NCBI GenBank assembly: GCA_016748015.1
Contig: JAAOMT010000283.1
Coordinates: 562,108-626,107 of the forward strand
Reading direction: 5' to 3'
Length of the DNA stretch: 64,000 nucleotides
Source of the DNA: Geosiphon pyriformis uo1
Lineage: Eukaryota; Fungi; Glomeromycota
Shown here one piece after another: positions 1-10,415 of the stretch. The stretch's first letter is position 1, and each line of letters begins with the position of its first letter. The position numbers and the translations under genes were made by a program. Under the pieces are notes generated by a model, which worked only from the letters and a program-made list of their open reading frames with translations, did no database searches and was not told the origin of the DNA.

Positions 1-537
1 ATGTTAGTTGGGTTTTGGGGATTTTTCAAGTACAATAATTAAAGAATTTGGTTTTTTGAATTATTTAATATTTATTTCTTTTTGTGTGTATAGAAATGGT
101 TTTTAAGAGATAAATCTAAAGTAAGATACATTTTCTCAAAGAGAGAAGCTCTTCTTTTATACAACTTGTTGTAACACTATTCTATGAACTTGAACTTTGC
201 TATTTTTTACAATTTCACTGAACTAAAGATATATTTCAGTGAACTGCAAGTTATTTCTGCAAACTATTAGATATTTTAGTGAACTATCAATTATTTTGGT
301 GAATTTCTACAAATTTTGGCGAACTTTTGAATGTTACATAGTTTAGGGTATTGCATGATTGATCATCACAATTAGGTTACATTTGTGTTGTGTACAAATT
401 GGGTTAATTAAATGATAATTTCGGACATTTTGCTAATGTAATAAGTAATAATTTGAAACGATAATATATGCTAATTAATGATAGGAATTATAAGATAATT
501 TCATGCTAAATAATATTTCTAATTTCATTTAGTAACA
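1..537 (-). mobile_element. Partial family-A LTR (A0), cut by the window edge, inserted in the gag of element B1
   Basis: Colinear with 2783-3312; ends ...AGTAACA at 537; no PPT next to it; followed by ACGT and gag-like sequence. Confidence 0.85.
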
Positions 538-1320
538 ACGTGCCAGGGTTTTCTCCTGGTGCTAATTTTGGTTGTTTCCTTTTGTTAATTTTCCCAATGG
601 GCTGGAGAATAACTGTTTCTTCAGAGGAAGTAGTTAATAATTTGGTCAAGAGTTGGATTGGTGGTGGTTCCCATGTTGATGTATTTCCATCTGTTTTATT
701 GATTATTAGAGTGAGATTTCCAAACAATGATCTGTATTTTCTTAATGATTTGGTTCAATTGTGTTAATCCCAGAGGTGTAGATTTCCAGGAGTTTATGGT
801 GTTTTCAACTGGGTTTTCAGGAGTGAGTTGAATACAATTCTACTTTGGAGTGTTTGATGATATAATGGAATTGTTAGAGAGAGGAATCTTGGTTTCTTGT
901 TGACTGTAGACTTGGCTTGAGCAGTTGTGAGGTTGTTGGATTTGTCTTTGTATTCCTCAGAGTTAGATTCCACTGGTTGTTGTACTTGAGGAAATTGTTT
1001 TGCCATATAATATTTAATGTTTGTGTTGATTATGCACAGAGTTTTAGTGATTGCTTAGGTAATCATGGCTGTTGGGTATCCTAATAAACTTTAATGGATT
1101 TGTTCCCCCAGTTTTCTTGTGTCAGTTGTATAGCCTAATAAACAGTCAATTTTTGCATTAATATAGTTACAAAAATCACTTTCTGCATAAGCAGTTTATG
1201 CTGGTATTCCTAGATTTTTTTAAAAGTATTGAAATAATGCTCTTCCATATGAAAAGTTGTCTTTTTTTACTGTTCCAATAGTCACAACTTTTGTGAATTT
1301 CTGGAGTACTCTGTCTTTGT
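538..1320 (-). pseudogene. gag: 5' part of gag of Gypsy element B1 (decayed)
   Basis: Fragments 794-1006 and 506-727 are homologous to B2 gag fragments 20566-21087 and 20182-20427 (QFPQVQQPVE; EETxILQPIG). Confidence 0.8.
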
Positions 1321-1349
1321 GGATTTATAATCTCACAGAAAACATCAAA

Positions 1350-2343
1350 TGTTATGGGTAAACTTGGTGGAGTATAGAAATGGTAACATTTGGTGCTCTC
1401 AATAATTGGTAATACATCTTTTGTGTAATTCCATTGGCTTAGTCTTAATTATCAGTCTCTAAAAGTCTTATCTACTGGTTGTGAATTTATCTGTTGAGTT
1501 CTTTGGTTATAAGACACAAAGTTTTGGTTCTCATTGATTGTAACTTCTTATAAAGATGAGCTTTTTTTTCTAAGCTAATGAGTGCAGTCATTAAGATCTG
1601 GTATTGTATTTTTGCCCTTCTGGTAAGTTATCAAGATAATGTTAATATCCAAAACCTAAAAAGAGCTTCTTTTTTTTACCAAACTATCACAAAGTCTATT
1701 CCCAAACAGTTAATTTTACTATGTTGCCACTCCACAAAAGAAAAATAAAAAAAAAAGAAAATAAAAAAAAAGATAAATTAGTATTGTCAATCATCATGAT
1801 CAAGAGCAATTGGTCCAAATCGTAAATAGTTCGAGGTAGTTATGCTAAGAGCATCTGTTCTAAAACGAAGATATAAATCAATGGTTAATTCATGTGAATT
1901 TCACAAAGTTTGAGAACATGAATTTATGATTCTGATTTCTTAATAATTGATTTATTTCAGAAGATAAACATAGAATATAATAAATAAAGAGATATGGATA
2001 TTTGATTCTTGTCTAGTGGTTTATATTTATCTGCTTGTCTGTTTTTATCTTCTATAACTACTTGTTTTTATACATTCTTTTGGTTTTATAGCATTGCTTT
2101 TGATTGTTTCATTATTGCTAACTATTGCTTTGTTATTTTTGTTATTGCTTTATTCTTCTACATTATTACTAGTTATTCTATGTTATAATATGTTATCTAG
2201 TGTTATTTTGTGTTATCCCACATTGTAATGCATTATCCTGTGCTATCCTAAGTTATAATGCATTATTCAATGTTATTGCATATCATCCTAAGTTATAATG
2301 TGTTATCCAACGTTATTGTGTACTATTCTGTATTATGTCACAT
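1350..2343 (-). mobile_element. 5' LTR of element B1, left piece; the remaining ~51 bp are at 28595-28645 beyond the A1 insertion
   Basis: Starts TGTTATGGG at 1350 beside a degenerate PBS (1332-1347); colinear with 5868-6949 and 21153-22250; broken at 2343 and resumes at 28595. Confidence 0.9.
2161..2340. repeat. 10-bp-period tandem repeat (consensus ~CGTTATnnnn) in family-B LTR; also at ~6705-6895 and ~22005-22195
   Basis: Units TGTTAT/CATTAT/CGTTAT/AGTTAT recur every 10 bp for about 18 units. Confidence 0.85.
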
Positions 2344-3312
2344 TGTCACCAGAGGTTTTTGGTCTCTTCTTAGCTCTTGTATGTTTGTTGTAATGCTGTT
2401 AATTCATGACTATGAGAAGTGTTTGAACCTCCGATAACTGAATTTATCTTCAAATTATCTTCTATAATTTGAACTGCTGGGCTTATAAGTGGAATGGCCA
2501 ATTCCTTGCCAGTTACTTTATGTAGTTATGTTGTAAGAAACATCAACTCTTTCTCAGGAATTGCTTGTCTGGAAGCTTACTAAAAATGTGTAGTTATTTT
2601 GCTGTAAAAGTCAATTCTTCTACAGAAATCTCATTTGTAGGCTACCCTAATGATTGTAATAAAAAAAGAAAAGAAAAATAAAAGAAATGTAAAAAAATAG
2701 GATTTTATCAAGAAAAATGTTTTCTATTCAGGCCTAGAGTTACTAACAGTTTACTGAAATTGGTAGCTAATCAATTTCAAAACGTTAGTTGGGTTTTGGG
2801 AATTTTCCAAGTACAATAATTAAAGAATTTGGTTTTTCAAATTATTTAATATTTATTTCTCTTTGTGTGTGTAAGAATGGTTCTAAGTGATAAATTTAAA
2901 GTAAAATACATTTTCTTGAAGAGAAAAGCTCTTCTTTTATACAACTTGTTGTAACACTATTCTATGAACTTGAACTTTGCTATTTTCTTTAATTTTGCTG
3001 AACTAGAGATACATTTTGGCAAACTATAAGTTATTTCTGCAAACTATTAGATATTTTGGTGAACTATCAATTATTTCGGCAAATTTCTACAAATTTTGGT
3101 GAACTTTTTGAATGTTACATAGTTCGGGATATTGCATGATTGATCATTGCAATTAGATTACATTTGTGTTATGTACAAATTGGGTTATTAATTAAATGAT
3201 AATTTCAGATATTTTGCTAATGTAATAAGTGATAATTTGAAATGCTAATTAATAATAAGAATTATAAGGGTAATTTCATGCTAAGCAATATCTCTAATTT
3301 TGTCTAGTAACA
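2344..3312 (-). repeat. A1 3' LTR
   Basis: TGTCACCAG...CTAGTAACA; adjacent PPT GAGGAGGAGGTTA on the - strand. Confidence 0.92.
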
Positions 3313-4000
3313 TAACCTCCTCCTCAAGACTGAGCTCTGTCGAAGTCCAAGTACCATCTGTAATTTCCAGATTGTAATCCAAAATTATTGAAGAAATTTG
3401 GTCTGAAAATTGTTGAAATTTCAGTTCTGTGAGCTTTCCAATGTATTGAATTTTCAAAGGTTGTAAAATTGGGTTTTGTAGGACGTTTTTACAGGTGTGG
3501 AATAGGTCATAAAATCTAAGAGCAGCTCTTAGTTTATAGTGATTGTTTGTAGATCCAGCTGTTGTTTTGAATTCATTGTGGAGTTGTTTCTGAATAGCTT
3601 CTTTTGTGAGGTTTGCTGCTGTAAGCTCCTGTTTTTGTTCGTGAAGTGTTTTTCCAATGTAGAAATATCTATATATTGGAGTATAGTCATGGTTTTCTTT
3701 ATTAAGACACAGTTAAAGTTTTTGTTGAATAATAGCATTTGGTAGAATACTAATAGGAGTGAACATTAAATTTTCTCTTAAAGCAAGCTTCAAAAGTTCT
3801 TGTAGATGAATTCCAGAATAACTTCTTGTGTTCTTTTTGTAAAGGTGATAATTTCGTAAATTTGGGGCTAAATTGGCAACTATTTTTGTTTGGGTATAAT
3901 TAATATGTTTTCCTGTAATAGTAATAGATAATTTGGGTATTGTCTTTAAAGCTAGCATTAATTTTTGAGATATTTGTTGAATATTTTGAGGGATAGTCAT
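3281..4000 (-). pseudogene. A1 ORF-X: extra 3' ORF of ~240 codons with one internal stop, unknown function
   Basis: MTIPQNIQQ...IYRYFYIGK...AALRFYDLFHTCKNVL...IGKLTELKFQQF; homologous to A2 36529-37236. Confidence 0.8.
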
Positions 4001-4134
4001 TATAAAAATTTGAGTGAGAAAATAGATTGAAATTATTTTTTGGTGTATGGATTTTTATGTTATTTTTGCTTTGTTTTTGTAAGATTGTTTCTAAATTATA
4101 AGGAGATAACTATAATAATAAATTTAAGTTAAGT

Positions 4135-5867
4135 GTTCAAGTTGGGAGGTTGTTCAATGACAACTATTGGTTCTAAATTTCAGGGAATATCTTCAGGATT
4201 GATTAAAGGGGAATGTGTACCAATTTGTGGAATTAATAGTTCAGGATTGTGTCTGGAATTATAGTGTTTTAAACAATCTCCATGTGCAATTTTTGCTAAG
4301 ATTTTGTCATCAAGTCTTAGCTTGTATGATTTGTTGTTTAAGACTTCATGGATAAAGAATGGTCTATCTCATTTATTTTCAAATTTTTCACTCCATTGTT
4401 TTTTAGCTTTAATACTATATAAGAAAACTTTGTTTCCGATTTTAAATTCATTAGTAATTAGAGGTAATTTGTTGTCATGTCATTCTTTTTGTTGAGCTTG
4501 GGAGTGTTTAATATGGATGGCTGCTATTTGTTATTTTCCTTCTAATGTGCTAAACAGAGTATAGGCTTTTTGTTGTAGTGTTTCCTGAAAGTTGTCTTTA
4601 TTAATTGGTTGTACTGGATATGTTTTTATTGTGAAACTAATTGGTAACATTGCTGTCCTTCCATAGGTTAAATCAAATAGTATGTGTTTTGTGATATCTT
4701 GTTTTAGTGTTCTATATGCTAGTAACACTGATGAAATAAAGATATCCCATTTCTGCTCAAAGTCTGTTGAGACTTTGGCTAATGATTCACACAATGTTTT
4801 GTTGAAATGTTCTACAAGTTCATTTGTTTGTGAATGGTAGAGCAAAGATAATGGTCTCTTGACATTAAATGGTCCACAAATTTCCTGGATTAAATTGTTC
4901 ACGAAATGTGTTCTTTGATCAGATAAAAGTTCTATTGGGCATCTATGTCTACAAATAATGTCTTCATAGATAAAGTTTGCTACTGATTTCGCATCTGCTT
5001 ATTGAATGGCTCTGGCTTCAGGTCATTTGGTAAGATAGTCTACAGCTACTGCAATATAACAGTTTCCTTGGTTTGTGATAGGTAGTAGTCTGACTAAATT
5101 GATACCAACTCGGTCAAAAGGCTGTTCAACTTTAATTGGGTTTAAAAGTTCTATAGAACAAGCTTCTTCTCTTCTTTGACAAATATTACAAGACTTAACG
5201 TATTTGTGAATGTCTTTTCTCATTTGAGACCAAAAGTAATATTCTAATGTTCTCTGGGTGGTGCTGTCTTTTCCTAGGTGTGCTGATGAAGAGTTTGAGT
5301 GCATGTTATATAAAATAATTTTTTTTTCATGTTCTTGTATTAATCTGAGCGGATTGTCTGGGTTTCTGAAGTTTTGATAATAAATAATGTTGTTGTGTAA
5401 GAAGTATTGTTTGGCTTGTTGTTGTAACTGATGTTTTTCATCTGGGAACCAATCTGTTGGGATTGTTAATGTCTTCAAATATTGTTTAAGATTGTTGTAG
5501 TTTTTGGGGTTTATTATCTGTTGTTTTGTTGCTGTTAATTCAAATGGGTGTTGGTTTTGTTTTCTAATCTTGTCTCATTCTTGAGAGACAATCAATGTTG
5601 GTGTGAAGTTTTCCTGGTTTGTGGTATACAATGTATTGGTAGTTGGCTAAAAATTCTGTCCATCGGGTTTGTTTTGCATTCAGTTGGGTGTTTTTGTTTT
5701 GAAGCCATTTGAGTCCAATATTATCAGTGATAATATCAAATTTTTTAGGTCTGAAATAAAAGTTGAAGTGGTGTAAGGCCCAAATTATGGCTGCTGTTTC
5801 TAGTTCTATGGCAGGGTAGTTTTTTTTGGCTGGTTTTAATGTTCTGTTAGCATAAGCAATTACTCAC
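4135..5867 (-). pseudogene. pol: A1 pol, 3' part: C-terminal RNase H and integrase (HHCC zinc finger, core, GPY/F-like), no chromodomain
   Basis: ORF pieces 5023-5478 (H..AHLG..YVKSCNICQ..VDYLTK) and 4531-4902 (YHSQTN..VEHFNKTL); VIAYA..ELET RNase H motif at ~5790-5865. Confidence 0.9.
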
Positions 5868-6949
5868 TGTTATGAGTAAACTTGGTGGGTATAGGAAATA
5901 GTAATGTTTGGTGCTCTCAATTATTGATGACGCATCTTCTGCGTAATTCTGTTGGCTTAGTCTTGATTATCAGTCTTTGAAGGTCTATTTTTGGATGTGA
6001 ATTTACCCATTGAGTTTTTTGGTTATAAGGCACAAAGTTTGTCTTTCATCAATTGCAACATTTTTCGTAAATGTGAGCTCTTTTCTCCGAGCTAACAAGC
6101 ATAGTCATTAGGATCTGGCATTGTCTTTTCGCCCTTCTGGTAAGCTAACAAGATAAAATTAATATCCAAAACTTAGGGAGAGTTTCCCTCTTTTACCAGG
6201 CTATCACAAAGTCTATTTTCAGACAGTCAATATTACTATGTTTCTGCTCCACAAAAATAAGACAGAAAAAGAAAGAAAAAGAAAAAGAAAAGAAAAGAAA
6301 AGAGAAAAAAGATAAATTAGTATCGTCAATTGCCATGATCAAGAGTGATTGGTCCAAATCGTTAATAGATTCAAGACAGTTATGCTAAGAGCATCTGTCT
6401 TAGAATAGAAGTACAAGACAAGGGTTAATTCATGTAAATTCCATGAAGTTTGAGAACATAAATTTGTGATTCTGATTTCTTTAATAATTGGTTTATTTTA
6501 GGAGATGAAAGAGAGAAGATAATAAAGAATGAAGGGGTATGGATATTTTAATTCTTGTTTAGAGGTTTGTATCTATCTGTCTGTCTTTTTTTACTTCTAC
6601 AACTACTTGCTTTTATACATTCTTTTGGTTTTACAGAATTGCTTTCAATTGTCTTGCTATCGCTAGCTATTGCTTTGTTGTTTCTGTTATTGCTTTGTTT
6701 TTCTACATTATCGCTAGTTATTCTATGTTATTACACATTATCTGATGTTATTACATGTTATTCTATGTTATCCTGTGTTATAACATGTTATTCTACATTA
6801 TTGCATGCTATTTTGTGTTATTCTGTGTTATAACACGTTATCCTACATTATAACGTATTATCCAATGTTATTGTGCATTATTCTGTATTATGTCACATTT
6901 TGGTCACATTTCTTTATAACTTTGGATTGGTTTTTCTACTCAGGTAACA
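5868..6949 (-). repeat. B2 3' LTR
   Basis: TGTTATGAG...CAGGTAACA, followed by a pyrimidine tract (PPT on the - strand). Confidence 0.9.
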
Positions 6950-6964
6950 TTATCCCTCTCTTTT

Positions 6965-7740
6965 TAAAATTAAGCTCCTATGAAACCATATGTATCTGTT
7001 ATCGTGGCTTCATTCATGTAATGTTCGATTGTTGCCTCAAGTATTGCCTTTTGTAGGTCTTTGAACTGTTGATTGGTTATTCGTCTTATATTGTTAACTG
7101 TTATGGTTTTCATAGATCCATTTAGTAGTACGTTTGGGCAATGTTAGAAGACAGCATATAGTTGGTATGCTGCTTTGTAATGTAGGGTCAGGTTGTTTTT
7201 CCCTATGAATTTTTCTACTTGTTGTATTGCTTCTTTGTTGAACATTTTTTGGCTGAGATCTTTATATGGTGTTTTCAAGTCAAGCTGTTCTTCAATTTTG
7301 TAGAACCAATAAGCTGGAGGAAGTCTTTCTTTCTATTTCTGGGCATTGTCAGATGTCCACTCCCCTGTTTTAGGGAGTTTGGTCCCACGAGCTAAAGCTT
7401 TTTTTATTTTTTCAAGCTTGGGGACCAAGTATTTTCTTTTGTAATCTTTTTCTTGTTCTTTGCCTCTTTCTTTTCCACCTTCTGCCCAAAGGCAATTTTT
7501 TTTCCAATATTGCCTTTCGAGTGGTGGGTAGGAGAGAGAATGTTTAGTTCTAATTGAACTCTCGTCCTCCCTCTCCTGCTCTTATCTTTGTACTATATCT
7601 CTTTTTTATCAATTGTTATTTCTATTTGAGATGTCAATTTTTGAATTGTTTCTGAAAGATCCATGTTGAAATTTCTATTGTTCTTGCTGCTTTTCGGATG
7701 CTATATATATTTGAATTCTCCAATTTAATTTGCTGTCCAT
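6965..7740 (-). pseudogene. B2 ORF-X (~258 codons, several stops), in frame with integrase
   Basis: Hand translation gives MDSKLNW...PPAYWFYKIEEQL...FIGKNNLTLHYKAAYQLYAVF*HCPNVLL...IRRITNQQFKDLQ, which aligns with C1 18027-18448. Confidence 0.75.
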
Positions 7741-7743
7741 TGT

Positions 7744-8475
7744 CTACGTTTTGATGATGATGATTGGTTCCAGATCTTGTGGTATATCTTCTGGTCTGAT
7801 TAATAAAATTTGTGTTCCTAGTTGAGGTACTGATAACAATGATTCCTGTTTTACATGATAAATTTTTAACCGATTTCCATGTGTTACTTTCTTTAAAATC
7901 CTGTCTTCCAATCATAATTTGTAAGCTCCATTTTCTAATGCTTTGTATATGTGGAATGGACCATCTCACTTTGGATCAAACTTTTCACTCCACTGTTTCT
8001 CAGCTTTTGTACAATGTAACAGTACTTGGTCTTCAATCTTGAATTCCATTGGTTGTTCTGATAGGTGTTTATCATGTCTTTCTTTTTGTCATTCTTGAGC
8101 ATGATTAATATTGTCAGCTGCTGTTCTTCGATTGTTTTCTAACGTTTTCATTAGCTGGTATGTTTTTTGGTATAAAGTAGCTTCAAAATTCTCTTCATTA
8201 ATTGTTTCTGTTGGGTATAATGATATTACTTGTTCAATCAGTAATGTAGCTTTTTTTTCATAGACTAGTTCGAATAGTGTGAACTGAGTCATATTTTGTT
8301 TCAATATTTGGTATGCAAAGAGTACAGAAGGTATGAATAAATTCCATTCTTGTCTGTTTTCATGACTTATTTTTGCTAGTGCTTTGCACAGTGTTTTGTT
8401 AAATCGTTTTACCAGTCCGTTCATTTGTGGGTGGTATGGTGACAATAAGGGTCTTTTTATTCCAAATTGTTGGCT
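7744..8475 (-). pseudogene. pol: B2 integrase, C-terminal half
   Basis: ORF 8089-8487 SPYHPQMNGLVKRFNKTL...; GPF motif near 7955; ends DLEPIIIIKT*. Confidence 0.85.
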
Positions 8476-9502
8476 TTTAACAACCAATTATTTCCTACTA
8501 GAGCTTGATATTGAGTAGCTTCCATGACGAGTACTTTGGTAGGGATTTGGATTCCATTAATCTTGAAGGAGAAGTTGTTAATTTCTCCTATCAGGGTTTT
8601 TGTGTTTCCATCTGCTGTAATAATCTGAGTGGTAGCAGCACAGTCTATTCAGTGACCTAGTTGGTCCATGAGCTGCTTCGTGATTATGCTACCAGCTGAT
8701 CCGCTATCCAGGATTAATTTAATGTCTATTTCTCTGATTCTGGCATTGGTGTATAAGGCCGTTATTGATTTATCTTGATTGATGGCTGCTCCACTAAAAA
8801 GACTATGGGTGTTCAAATTATTGATGTCAAAAAGAAATATGGCAGCTAGGGTGGTGTCTTCGGTAATAGTGGCTGGTGAGATATTGCTTTTTGTTTGCTT
8901 GGAAGGTTGGGAGATTCATTCTATATCCCACTCTTCCACAGGTGTAGATTTATCAAAACCCTGGTCTTTTATAAAACCAAGATAGGAAGCTTAATTTGGG
9001 TATCCAGTTGGTGTTGGTCGAGATTGGGCAGGACCATGAAGCATTGGTTGAGATGGTCCACTGTTGGTTTGCACCTGATTGTTGTTGAGATTTTTCCATC
9101 CCTGATTATAGTCTATAGCTCGAGGTCTGGACAGACTGTAAGGGGAAGTTTGATAGTAAGGGATTGTTTGTGTTATTGGTGGTGGTTGATAATAATTTTG
9201 GGGTAGTGGTTGAGTGTACGGGACTTGTTGTGCATATAGGGGTGGTTGATTCTGAGGTATAGAATATTGGGGTACTATGTTTTGCTGATATCTGGATTGC
9301 TGATATGAGTTTCCTTGATTTTGGTCTATGATCTTTTTTCTACAGTCATGGGCAATGTGTCCAGGTTTCTGGCAGTAGTAACAGTTATGGAAATCAGATC
9401 TCTAAGGTTGTTGCTGTTGCTAACAGTTTTGTTGCTGTGGGTATCTACTGTTGTTGTTATTTTCTCTCCGTTGGGGTGGTTGGTAAGTTCTTGTAGTTCT
9501 GG
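8469..9502 (-). pseudogene. B2 end of gag (CCHC knuckle, Q/N/P-rich spacer) and aspartic protease
   Basis: CYYCQKPGHIAHDC near 9345-9385; LILDSGSAG near 8690-8720; VLVMEATQYQALVGN. Confidence 0.85.
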
Positions 9503-10333
9503 TGTTATGGTTTAAAAATTTAGCAAAAAGAATCATAAAAATAATACAAACTATTCAATCATAATATAGCACAGTAATAATCTTAGAAAGGTAATGATTA
9601 ACATAATAGCAAACACCATCTTGTAATAGTGGCAAGCACCAGTTCACAATAGCAGCCAACACCAACTGGTGATAGCAGCAAACACCAAATTGAAATATCA
9701 AAAAGAAAGTATTTTCTCGTAGAACTACAAACATGTATATATACAGTAGTTTTAATATTGAGAAATAATCAATCAAGTAATAAAAATCATAACTTATCAA
9801 GCAACAGATCCAATTTTATCCAACAAACTCCACTTTAAATCATACTTTCAAATTAAATATCCCAAGAAACTTTTAAAAATCAAAAAGAAATGAAAAAGAA
9901 TATTTAAAANNNNNNNNNNNNNNNNNNNNNNNNNNNNNNNNNNNNNNNNNNNNNNNNNNTAATCCTTGATCAAGATTATTCACGTTGTTACTAATTGATA
10001 AAAGCTTTATTGTGAGAATTAGAAAAGCGCTAAAGACCATTAACATTCTGTGTTTCTAGATTAGAGAAACACATCAGGCAATTGCAAGAATAGCCTCAAA
10101 AAAGACCCCAAACAGTGGGTAGATTTCAGTTCAGCCTCTGAGAAGAAGTACATAAACACACACAACAATCAAGAATTAAAGAATAACTTACATTACAACA
10201 GTAAAAAAAAAGAAAGCCTTCAGTGTAACAGTGACATTATCACACAAATAGAATTGAGAAACTCACGAAAGACTGATTGCAATTAAAGCGGGATATCAGC
10301 AAGTAAATATAACAAAAAAACCATCCCATAACA
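9503..10333 (+). repeat. C1 5' LTR (contains an N gap; four GCAAACACCA-like units at 9608-9687)
   Basis: TGTTATGG...CCCATAACA; colinear with 18868-19669 and the reverse complement of 42293-43188. Confidence 0.9.
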
Positions 10334-10415
10334 TTTGGGGAACCCTATGAGGAAAGAAAATCAAAAAAGAAATAATAATTAGCAATAATTCATTGCTAAA
10401 AAGGAAAAAACAAAA

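Noticed and set aside
6555-7056. Hydrophobic antisense ORFs in B LTRs (also 21856-22318) that look like membrane or Env proteins
   Set aside because: They result from T-rich sequence and the 10-bp repeat. Starts are mostly non-ATG and the frames are not maintained between copies.
9555-9800. 81-aa antisense ORF repeated at 42891-43136
   Set aside because: It recurs only because both lie in near-identical C LTRs. It has a TTG start and is disrupted in the 18868 copy.
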